64,000 nt of DNA from an uncultured Nitrososphaerota archaeon (lineage in GTDB: Archaea; Thermoproteota; EX4484-205; JAAOZP01), in assembly GCA_964416155.1 (NCBI GenBank), contig CAYQCW010000005.1, forward strand, positions 1-64,000, read 5' to 3'. Shown here one piece after another: positions 29,946-38,203 of this stretch (its first letter is position 1; every line of letters starts with the position of its first letter). The position numbers were made by a program, and so were the translations under genes. The notes under the pieces are model-generated. The model was given only the letters and a program-made list of their open reading frames with translations, did no database searches and had not been told where the DNA came from.

Positions 29946-29969
29946 CGTGCTTAAAAAGTTAAAAGCACG
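29946..29969. promoter_or_regulatory. Inverted repeat CGTGCTT-N10-AAGCACG over the herA TATA box
   Basis: Seen directly. The AT-rich spacer is the minus-strand TATA-like element about 25-30 nt before the herA ATG. Confidence 0.5.
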
Positions 29970-29987
29970 CGTAGATGCCATTCTCCT

Positions 29988-30158
29988 TAATGAAATCCTT
30001 TTGGAAAGCTTTTGATGCGCGTGCACGCTACGCCCTCTGAAAAATCTTCTCGGTGCAACATATACCGCTACCACGGCTCCGACGATGGGGATGGCGTAAA
30101 CCCACACGGGGCATTGCGTGCTCGTGACCTCTTCGGGCGGCTTGGCCTTCACACTCAC
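29988..30158 (-). pseudogene. Orphan C-terminal membrane-anchor fragment of a surface protein
   Basis: VKAKPPEEVTSTQCPVWVYAIPIVGAVVAVYVAPRRFFRGR: Pro linker, TM helix and basic tail with no N-terminal domain. Confidence 0.45.
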
Positions 30159-30203
30159 CGTTTGAGAACAGCGCGCTAAAGATTCATTTGATTTGCAAGT
30201 CGA

Positions 30204-32015
30204 TCATAACATTGGGATGAAGTGTGAGGAGCGTAGCGGGAGTGGAGGAGATGGTGGAGGCCTCGTTCTCTTCCTCAAGAATAGCGTAAGAACCGCTGCT
30301 GCAACGATTCCCAATAGAATTGCGCAGAATACCGGGCTGAAAGTCTTTTCCCATCTCGCTATTAATACCTTTGGAGAATCCATAATGACCTGCACCTCAA
30401 GACTTTCACCATGTGCATCCCCAGTCCATCCCTTGAACACGTAGGCGTATGGGAATTCGACAAGCACTACAGGGAGAAAGAGCCTAACTATGACGATAGA
30501 ATTTTCATCGTGCCAGCCTGAACCTGATACAGTTCCGTAATCAGAGTTGACTGTTAAGAGGTATTGGGTCTTGAAGTATGCGGAATATGAGCTTGAACCC
30601 CTAGCCATTATTATCCTTGACGGTGATAAATCGCCATCACTCCAACCTTGGAAAACATGCCTCTTATTTTCCGATTCTTCGAGGACTTGAGGCACGGAGA
30701 TGTTGTGAGAGGAGCCTTCACTCCAGCGGAAGGTCATCGAACCCCTGTATTCCCTGCCATCGACTGTGAAAACCAATCCCGATATTGAGACCGAGTAGAC
30801 TCTTAATGTTAGCGAGCTTCCGCCTAACACGCTGTACACCCAGTAAGTGTTTTCTTTGTCCAAGTTGAGGAAACAGTATGCACTGGGGTTCAAGAACATT
30901 ATTCGAGAGTAGTCGAGTTGCCAACTATTGATTTCCTCGTCCCACCTTTTGACCGTTACGTTAAATAATAGGGGTACTGTTGAATTGTTTTCAACCTTAA
31001 CCTTCTGCACGTCCTCCAACTCTTCCCCAGATAATTCGACTGGCGTGTTAACGTAGTCGACAAGCCTATAGTTGGTCAGCGTCACGCTATAAGTAGCGTA
31101 CGTTATCGTGAACTCCGGGGGAGCGTTTTTCCACTGGCATCGTAGAGGCGGCTCATCGTATTTCCTGCTCGTCGCGATCCTGCGCGCATCTCCAATGTCG
31201 CCCCACGTTGGATCCACCGTAAGCCAACCGTAGTCTGGAACCCAAACTTCAGCCCAGCTATGGAAGTATCCGCTAATGTCCCGGTAAAGGAGTTTGCTTA
31301 GATCTGCCGCATTAAGCCCGTATCCTAGGACGCGGCGCGCTGGAATCCCCGTCGCCCTGCAAAAGGCAATGAAGATTGTCGAGAACTCGTCGCAAACCCC
31401 GGCGCGAGTGTAGAATACTTGAGCATCAGTCAACCGTGTCTCGCGCCCGACTTCCCTATCATAGGCTATATTCTTTCGTATCCATTCAACGAATTTTGCC
31501 ACTGATTCTGGAATACTCCTCACCCCGCTTGCCAGCTGCTCCGCTTGACTAACGACCTCGGAATGAAGCGTGACGTATTTGTCCGGCAAAAGATACTCGT
31601 TCATGCCGCTTACCGGCGCCGGGGGCTGGCTTGGTAGAGGAGTAGTCGTTACGTTTACTCTGACAATGAAAGTACCGGTGAAAACGTTAGTCGTATAGAT
31701 GTTCGTCGTCTCGATAACCCAAGCCTCTCGGCCGTCTACATTCTCTATTCCACCATGTTGCAGCATTGCCTGTACTTGTTGGCTAGTAGTGTGCAGGGGC
31801 ACGTCAAACAATTCCACGCGTATAGAAGTCCTGCCGGGATAATATTTTCCGCTACACATCACCCTTACAGTATATCTTAGGGTATATTCTGCAACAAGCA
31901 TCACGCCCATTCCGCTCCAGGAAGATGCGTTACAATTGTAAAAATTACTGAAATAAGGAAAGATTACGCAGAAAAAGATGACGAACAACGATCTACGGAA
32001 TGATTTAACTTTCAA
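30204..32015 (-). CDS. Secreted, membrane-anchored transglutaminase-like (Cys protease fold) protein
   Basis: Signal peptide, GVCDEF...GIPARRVLGY, HSWAEVW, WLTVDPTW (Cys-His-Asp triad), C-terminal TM helix. Confidence 0.9.
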   Translation of the reverse strand: MKVKSFRRSLFVIFFCVIFPYFSNFYNCNASSWSGMGVMLVAEYTLRYTVRVMCSGKYYPGRTSIRVELFDVPLHTTSQQVQAMLQHGGIENVDGREAWVIETTNIYTTNVFTGTFIVRVNVTTTPLPSQPPAPVSGMNEYLLPDKYVTLHSEVVSQAEQLASGVRSIPESVAKFVEWIRKNIAYDREVGRETRLTDAQVFYTRAGVCDEFSTIFIAFCRATGIPARRVLGYGLNAADLSKLLYRDISGYFHSWAEVWVPDYGWLTVDPTWGDIGDARRIATSRKYDEPPLRCQWKNAPPEFTITYATYSVTLTNYRLVDYVNTPVELSGEELEDVQKVKVENNSTVPLLFNVTVKRWDEEINSWQLDYSRIMFLNPSAYCFLNLDKENTYWVYSVLGGSSLTLRVYSVSISGLVFTVDGREYRGSMTFRWSEGSSHNISVPQVLEESENKRHVFQGWSDGDLSPSRIIMARGSSSYSAYFKTQYLLTVNSDYGTVSGSGWHDENSIVIVRLFLPVVLVEFPYAYVFKGWTGDAHGESLEVQVIMDSPKVLIARWEKTFSPVFCAILLGIVAAAVLTLFLRKRTRPPPSPPLPLRSSHFIPML

Positions 32016-32201
32016 TTTACCATTCCCCTTGCGAAGCCGGAGAAATGATCTTAGGGCTCATTTTTAAGCCTCTTGATGTGCGTAAAAACATGTGCCGACA
32101 AAAATAAAAACTTTCTCATAGCGGGCTTCCTCAGGTGGTTTCGAAAACGGCTTTTACGCTCGCCCATGAAGACGCGTTAATCGCGCGTGCATCATCCATA
32201 G

Positions 32202-32762
32202 CTATGAGGCTAGCGCATACCGGATGAGCTTTGAAACGATTACGTAGAGGCAAACGCCGACCAGGGTTCCGCTGAGGATCCAGAGGGGCTGCCCCTCTAT
32301 GACCCCTCTGACGGATGCGAAGAGCGCTACGGATATTCCAGTGAGCAGTGGTGTGAGTTTCAAAGGGGATGCTGGCCTTCTTAGAGCCGGCAGGGTAGCC
32401 ACGCGTCTCTCAGTGCCAGCGGTTACCTCAGGACCCTCCGCTCCCCCTATTCTTGAATGTATTTTCAAGACTTCCGAGACTATAGTCTTAGCGGCTTCGC
32501 TGATACTGTAGACCTCAGCGTTCTCAACCCTTCTCTTCGAGACGAGCCCGTTCTTCTCGAGAACCCCTAGGTGGTGGATTAAGAGCTGTTTGGAATAATT
32601 TAGGGATTTGGATAGCGATGTAATAGTACCCTCTTTCTCTAACAGTGTTACCAATATTCTCATCCTGTGAGGCTCGGCTGCAGCCTTTATCATGTTGAGC
32701 CTCTTCGGCTCCAGTTCTATTTTCTCGCCTTCGTTTGGCAACGTCTCTAAAAAAAGCGCCAA
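32202..32762 (-). CDS. ArsR-type winged-HTH regulator with two C-terminal TM helices
   Basis: AAAEPHRMRILVTL...TITSLSKSLNYSKQLLIHHLGVLEKNGLV HTH, then LTPLLTGISVALFASV and PLWILSGTLVGVCLYVIV hydrophobic helices. Confidence 0.85.
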   Translation of the reverse strand: MALFLETLPNEGEKIELEPKRLNMIKAAAEPHRMRILVTLLEKEGTITSLSKSLNYSKQLLIHHLGVLEKNGLVSKRRVENAEVYSISEAAKTIVSEVLKIHSRIGGAEGPEVTAGTERRVATLPALRRPASPLKLTPLLTGISVALFASVRGVIEGQPLWILSGTLVGVCLYVIVSKLIRYALAS

Positions 32763-32870
32763 ACGCCTTTTAAGGATTTAAGGAGAAAGGCGCGAAGGGT
32801 TTGAAACATAGGGCAGTGTTACTATAAAATCGCTGAACACGGTAGGCGGATGTTTACCTGCTGGCAGGTG

Positions 32871-32970
32871 AAAAACTCGGATGGAGCTATCGCCACCCCC
32901 TGACACTTTTCAGCAGCCTTTATCCCCCTGATTCTCCGGAGGATTCGCGCTCAAACGTTGCTCCCCGAGC
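32871..32970 (-). ncRNA. Predicted ~100-nt structured RNA (or riboswitch-like leader) with closing stem and U5 tail
   Basis: Minus strand 5' CUCGG-GGAGC pairs with 3' GCUCC-AU-CCGAG followed by UUUUU. Two internal hairpins each end in UCAGGGGG. TTTATA box at 32993-32988 upstream. Confidence 0.55.
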
Positions 32971-33019
32971 CGGTTGAGAACGGCGGATATAAATCTTCCG
33001 TTGGTAAATTTTTGACCGA

Positions 33020-33045
33020 AGGTAAGCGAAAATTTTCGCTTACCT
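33020..33045. promoter_or_regulatory. Perfect 26-bp palindrome (putative operator) next to the operon TATA box
   Basis: AGGTAAGCGAAAATTTTCGCTTACCT is its own reverse complement. TATTATAAATA starts at 33048. Related imperfect site GGTAAA-TTT-TTGACC at 33003-33017. Confidence 0.8.
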
Positions 33046-33091
33046 CATATTATAAATATACGTTTTACAATACTTCTATACGTGATGGAGA

Positions 33092-34456
33092 GTGAGGATA
33101 CTTAAGACCGTCCTGAAGCTCGCTGCAATACTTCTGTCAGGGAGCTTGGTTAAGAGCCTTTTAGATTCTATCGGGTACTCCCTCGGCTTAGACCTAGGAG
33201 GCTTGACGAGCCTGATCGCCATGGCGGTGATAGCGTTCTCAACCATGTCCCTGTTGTTTCCGAGAAAGTACTTTAAAGACAATGCGAGAAGGTTCTTTAA
33301 AAGAGTATTCTCCTTCCTGCTGATCTGGTTGACGGCAGCACTCTTCTCAGCCCTCCTCCACATCAGGAACTATACTCAAATAGGATTCGTAGCAGCGTTC
33401 CTCTGCGTTGTCCTCGTTATGCGCGAATCACCGAATTCTAAGATTAAGCCGAGTAGGCTAAGGATAGTATGCGAAGAAGAGTATGTCCAACCTGAAGACC
33501 ACGCGATCCTTCTGTCCCTTGCACCTGTTCCCAGAGTTGCTTTTCTTCATGGGTTTGGCCTAGGCGGTTTACTAAAAGTCTTAAGGGGGAGGGCGAGGCT
33601 CCGCTTGAAGCTCCCTGAAGACGTCTTTATAGAGTCCTTTGAGCATCGTCAGACACTTAAGTTCCAGGGGGGCCTGTCTTCTTTCGTAGAGGCTGTCCGA
33701 AAGAGCTTAACAGGTAATACCGCTATTCTCTGTGAGGCTAAACCCGGCAGGGAGTTGATGAGTGTTGAAGTTGCTTCCGATAATCCCCAGGCTCTCGAGG
33801 AGTTCAAGAAGATTCTGAGTGGAGCAGGCCCAGGCTCAGGGCAGGATATACGACGAGCCTTGGAAGAGTGGCTCTCTCTGAAACCCTACGTAATGCCGGT
33901 GCCAGAGCTACTCGACCTAAACCCTAGTCGAATAGCGGGGAGGCTGCTAATAGTCGGTGAGAGAAGGGGTGCAGAGGACCTTGCCCTCCAGCTATGCCTC
34001 TCGCAGTTAAGGAGGAACTCGATGATCCTCGTAGTGGACGTTAAGGGGAGGACCAAGGATGCTGGGGACGAGGTGGAGAGGAGGCTCGTTGAGAAGGGTT
34101 TCAGGCCTAGCGGGAGCAGGCTGCGTAAGAAGCCCGTTAAAACCTATAGGTATCGCGATGGGATGGAAGTAGTCTTCGCTGACGAGCCCTCTGACGAAGC
34201 CTTGCTTAAGAAAACACTTTCTAAACCCTTAGCCGCTATCTGGTTTAGAGACCTTGCTCGAAACCTTGACGTGAAAGCCCCAATTAAAATACTGACACTT
34301 AAAAAACCATGGGTACGCTCCAGCTTTGAAGCGGACAACGTCATCCTAATGGGCTGCAGAAAGGAGCTGATCGAATCGTTCCTACCGTCCAGGGGGTTTG
34401 CACTCGAGGGGAGGATTGTCCTGATCTCTAAACAGGGGGTGAGGGTGCTGAAATGA
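33092..34456 (+). CDS. Membrane protein (4 N-terminal TM helices) with degenerate HerA/VirD4-like P-loop domain
   Basis: RLLIVGERRGAEDLA sits at the Walker A position without the Lys, followed by ILVVDVKG, which resembles the DPKG motif of coupling proteins. Confidence 0.6.
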   Translation: MRILKTVLKLAAILLSGSLVKSLLDSIGYSLGLDLGGLTSLIAMAVIAFSTMSLLFPRKYFKDNARRFFKRVFSFLLIWLTAALFSALLHIRNYTQIGFVAAFLCVVLVMRESPNSKIKPSRLRIVCEEEYVQPEDHAILLSLAPVPRVAFLHGFGLGGLLKVLRGRARLRLKLPEDVFIESFEHRQTLKFQGGLSSFVEAVRKSLTGNTAILCEAKPGRELMSVEVASDNPQALEEFKKILSGAGPGSGQDIRRALEEWLSLKPYVMPVPELLDLNPSRIAGRLLIVGERRGAEDLALQLCLSQLRRNSMILVVDVKGRTKDAGDEVERRLVEKGFRPSGSRLRKKPVKTYRYRDGMEVVFADEPSDEALLKKTLSKPLAAIWFRDLARNLDVKAPIKILTLKKPWVRSSFEADNVILMGCRKELIESFLPSRGFALEGRIVLISKQGVRVLK

Positions 34457-35682
34457 GGATTGCGCCTGAACAGAGCCTAGGGTTGCTGGAGGCGTCTGTG
34501 AGAATAGGCGTAGCCGGGAGCAACTTCAAGGCTGCTCTCGTACACCTGCTTCAAGACGCGTTTAAGGATGCGAAGGTAATCCTCCTCGACTTAAACGATG
34601 AGTTTAGCTGCGTGGCGAGGATGGGTACGACTAGATACTACGATGTCGTCAAACATGGCGTAAATCCAATTAAACCTCCTGATCGTGAAAAGGTTGAACA
34701 GTATATCGAATCGGTTGTGGAAATACTTGACTATTGCTTTGGGGCTTTCAACATGAAGGGTATTGTGGCGAAAACACTCTTGGATGAAGTGTTAAGGTCT
34801 TCGGAAACCACGATACCTGAGGTCGCTTCAAGGCTTGACTTCGAGGCCCCGGAGGGCGGGCTATCGATTTACACTCCTCTTGAACCATTCACCTTCGGAA
34901 CCCTGAGGCAGGCCTTCGGCAGAAGGGAAGCAATAGAGTTCAGCGATGCTTTGGAGTCGGGAATGGTGTTCGACCTCTCCGGGTTTCCAGTGGCTTCGCA
35001 TAAGGCTTTCGCAACGCTTCTGACGCTGGTGAAGCTTACCCAGCTTAAACCCAAGCGCAGGACGCTCATAATCGTAAGCTATCCGAGCTTAATATGGCCG
35101 AGAAACAGGAGGCTTGACAATGCTAAGCTCTTCGTTGAAGAGTCATTAACCGGAGAGTTGGAGAGGAAAGGCTATTCAATAATATTCTCTGAGAAAAACC
35201 TGTCACAGGTCTCCGAAAGGGTTTTGGAGAACATTGATTCCATAGTCTTCTCGCCCCCTTCTAACGCCACTAACCCGCGGAGAACAGGCCCCATGCCTGA
35301 GAGTGATGCTTTAAACTGCTTCATGCTCATCCTAACTAAGAATGGGGAGTATGGCTTCATAGAGGCTCCTGTGAACATGTTACTTAAGCCCCTTAGCGAG
35401 AGGGAGAGGGAGGCCCGTAAGCCAGTCATGAAAGCCTTGAGCCCTGATGACGAGCTGAGAGAGAGGCTTGGCGAGCTCTATGAGGCTGGGGCCAGGATAG
35501 TCGAGAAGCTAAAGGGGTTTGGTGGAAAAGCGGGCTTGAACGAGTTCATAGAAGAGGTGAGGGCCTCGCTGGGCGCGGAGGGCCTCAGGGCGCTTGCTGC
35601 GCTCATGAGGCAGGGTTGTCTAAAACAGGTTCAGGAGGGTGAGAGAAAACTCTTGGCTCTTACGGAGGGCGGATCAGGATGA
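34453..35682 (+). CDS. Degenerate HerA/VirB4-like ATPase-fold protein, possible C-terminal wHTH
   Basis: RIGVAGSNFKAA (broken Walker A), VILLDLNDEF (cf. hhhD-x-x-GEY), GVNPIKPP (cf. INPL), MVFDLSGF, LIIVSYP in place of Walker B. ATGA-coupled. Confidence 0.6.
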   Translation: MRIAPEQSLGLLEASVRIGVAGSNFKAALVHLLQDAFKDAKVILLDLNDEFSCVARMGTTRYYDVVKHGVNPIKPPDREKVEQYIESVVEILDYCFGAFNMKGIVAKTLLDEVLRSSETTIPEVASRLDFEAPEGGLSIYTPLEPFTFGTLRQAFGRREAIEFSDALESGMVFDLSGFPVASHKAFATLLTLVKLTQLKPKRRTLIIVSYPSLIWPRNRRLDNAKLFVEESLTGELERKGYSIIFSEKNLSQVSERVLENIDSIVFSPPSNATNPRRTGPMPESDALNCFMLILTKNGEYGFIEAPVNMLLKPLSEREREARKPVMKALSPDDELRERLGELYEAGARIVEKLKGFGGKAGLNEFIEEVRASLGAEGLRALAALMRQGCLKQVQEGERKLLALTEGGSG

Positions 35683-36542
35683 GGAAGTTGAGCACCGGTA
35701 TTAAGCCGCTGGACGAGCTGACCGGAGGCCTTCCGACAGGTGTTTCAAACCTGGTGTACGGGAGTCCTGGAACAGGTAAGACCACGGTTTCTCTGACCCT
35801 GGTGGCAGAGGCGTTGAAGAGCTGTAGAGAGAATGATGTGGTAATAGTTGTGAAAACAGAGGAATGGGACCCCGACCGTTTGAAGACGATATGCTTGAAG
35901 AGGGGCATTAGGGAGGACGCCCTGTCCAGAATTAAGATGTACCAGGCTAGCGGCCTCTTCGAGCAACACAAGGCGATAGTTGAGACAATACCTAGAGAGG
36001 TGGATAAGAACGACTGGGTCCCGGTGCTTATGATCGTCGACTCGCTGGTTCCCCACTATCACGCGCAGCTCTTGAACACGCCTGCTCAACATCTAGCCTC
36101 CACAGCAAGGATCCTTCAAGGCAAGCTCTCGTTGGAAGTTAACATGCTCGTCGGAATGGCAACGGGTTACGAGTCGCTCCTCTTAATAACGAGCTGGCGG
36201 AGGAGTGAAGCCGCCAAGAGTTTTCAAGAGAAGTCTAGAAGGGAGATGGCGGAAAACATAGATAAGAAGAGTTTCTCGATAGACCCTGAGGCCGGCTTCG
36301 GCGCCAGGGAGTTCGACGTGATTGGGGGACAGCACCTCGTCTACATGAGCAAGAGCATTCTAAGGATGGTTTCTACAAGCCTAGGTGAGGAAGTTAAGGC
36401 GGTGATTCTGGAGAAATCGCTTTCAAAACCATCCATGACCTGCTGCCTAGTCAGGATAACGGAGGCAGGTATAGAATCCTACAAGGATATCAATCCGGCG
36501 CCAGTCGCCGAGATGATTAAGAAGAAAATCCTGAAGGAATGA
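35679..36542 (+). CDS. RadA/Rad51-like (RecA-fold) ATPase paralog lacking the N-terminal HhH domain
   Basis: KLSTGIKPLDELTGG, YGSPGTGKT Walker A, KTEE catalytic Glu, LMIVDSL Walker B, IGGQHL motif. Confidence 0.88.
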   Translation: MRKLSTGIKPLDELTGGLPTGVSNLVYGSPGTGKTTVSLTLVAEALKSCRENDVVIVVKTEEWDPDRLKTICLKRGIREDALSRIKMYQASGLFEQHKAIVETIPREVDKNDWVPVLMIVDSLVPHYHAQLLNTPAQHLASTARILQGKLSLEVNMLVGMATGYESLLLITSWRRSEAAKSFQEKSRREMAENIDKKSFSIDPEAGFGAREFDVIGGQHLVYMSKSILRMVSTSLGEEVKAVILEKSLSKPSMTCCLVRITEAGIESYKDINPAPVAEMIKKKILKE

Positions 36543-37160
36543 GGAGGGACGGTGGCGTGAGCAGCCTTCTCCCCGTCCACGGCTTCGCCAAGGGCACTGG
36601 GCTAATCCTCATCATAATCCTTTCAGCCACCCCGTTCATCAACACGTCCGCCGCGACCATCGAGCTGGCTTACGATGACTGTGGAGCTGAAGGATTCTGG
36701 AGCTACTATCATCCTAACGGTATGTCTGTCAGGTTTAGCCCTCCCGCCTTCTCAATATTCGCAAGAAATCAATGGAACATTTGAACTGTTGAGACAAAAA
36801 GCTAAGGTCTGGATAATCAGAAGTTCTGAAAAGCCTGACTTTGCAAGATGGCCGTGCGAGGCCCTTGATCTAAAAGAGGTTCAAGATGAAGTGAGCTGGT
36901 TAGCCATGTATAACTTGATGTCGAAAAGTAATCCGGAGGATAGGGAGGTTGTCAAGATAATTGCCTTGAAACTTTATTGGGGTAGGGAGCTGACGTTTAA
37001 AGAAAAGGCGGATGATGTGATAGATGACGGGAATGAGTTTGGAAAAGATGTTGCTGCTTACTTCTCAAGGGCGACAGAGATGCATAGAGTTATCAGAAGA
37101 CTAGGTTCTTGTTTTATGCTACTTCTGAGTAAACCACTGAATCGGCGCACTAGATACTAA
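36539..37160 (+). pseudogene. Fused gene fragments: N-terminus of a secreted protein joined to an unrelated fragment
   Basis: Signal-like helix plus IELAYDDCGAEGFW ending after 81 aa. An overlapping ORF of different composition (36675-37160) lacks a credible start. Confidence 0.4.
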
Positions 37161-37411
37161 ATGTAGTCTCTCTCAAATAAACAAAATAATTGAGTACTGA
37201 ATACCAGTACTATAAGCTGGCAAGCAGTGATCATTGTCGTTATGTTTACAAAAAAGAGAGGGGAAAACGGAGACTTTACCTACTGAACTCTATCCTCCGG
37301 CTCCCGGGTTTTTTGATTTATTTTGAAACCATTATTTCGACGGAAAAATTTATATTTGACCGAAAAAGAATGAAAAAGCAGGAGAAAAATAGGGAAAAGA
37401 GGTGATGAAAG

Positions 37412-37585
37412 TTAGTCACGCATGGTAACGTCACCCTGGCGGGGAAGGTTCGTAGTCTTACTCCTAGGGTTGCGGCTCGGGAGCGTGTTCCTGATATGCC
37501 GCGTAGGAGGGTTAGGAGTATTTATCGTAAGAGGGTTGTGTTGAATCGTCAGCCGGGTCAGGTTTGGAAGCAGATGCGTGTTTAG
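37412..37585 (+). CDS. rps30e: 30S ribosomal protein S30e (eS30), apparent non-canonical TTA start
   Basis: Not in the ORF track. (L)VTHGNVTLAGKVRSLTPRVAARER...RRRVRSIYRKRVV matches the THG..T.AGKVR..TP signature. GAGGTGA RBS 6 nt upstream. Confidence 0.88.
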   Translation, partial: LVTHGNVTLAGKVRSLTPRVAARERVPDMPRRRVRSIYRKRVVLNRQPGQVWKQMRV

Positions 37586-37699
37586 ATATTTTTATAATTC
37601 TAAGTTTGTTTTTTCTGGTTTCTTATTGTTTTTTCTTAGCCTGTTTTTAAGCATATTCCTGTGGACTTGTTAAACGTGTTTGCCATAGTTTTTAGAGGT

Positions 37700-37855
37700 T
37701 TAAGGGATTCTTCTCTCGCGGGTGCCTGCTTTCTTTATGATCGTGTTTACGAGGCTTGGCTTCACGTCTTTTCCAGGATGCGTTGGGACCACTATTTTAA
37801 CTCTTCTATTGTTCACCATTATGATGTGTGAGCCTTTTCACCTGATGATTTTTAA
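37700..37855 (-). pseudogene. HicA toxin remnant
   Basis: KIIR*KGSHIIMVNNRRVKIVVPTHPGKDVKPSLVNTIIKKAG: HicA motif with an in-frame stop, missing N-terminus and no hicB partner. Confidence 0.75.
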
Positions 37856-38203
37856 ACAGCCTCAGGGTCTCGCTGGAGTGGTTCTACTCAGGGGTGCTTA
37901 CTCTTCGGATTCTCGTAGCTGGAGTTATGGGGTGAAACGGGAAGCCTCATATGGGGTTAGGGGCTCCCTCTTCGATTTGTCGCAGGATTATTCTCTGCAT
38001 TGTTTCGGTAGATGACTCTTTTGATTTCGCACGGTTTTTCAGTATTTTGGCAGGTAATGTTGGGTAAACCTATTTTTGCACGTAGCGCGCGCAAGGTCGT
38101 CCAAATTGCTCCCTAGCGTTTTCCCTCAGACCTCAGGCGACTGTTTTTTATGGGACTTAGCATGCTGATTGAAGATAACTTTTTATAAGCAGGATGTTAT
38201 ATC

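Noticed and set aside
37935-37970. GC-rich hairpin that might be an IS200/IS605 end
   Set aside because: No tnpA/tnpB remnant or second end is recognisable nearby.
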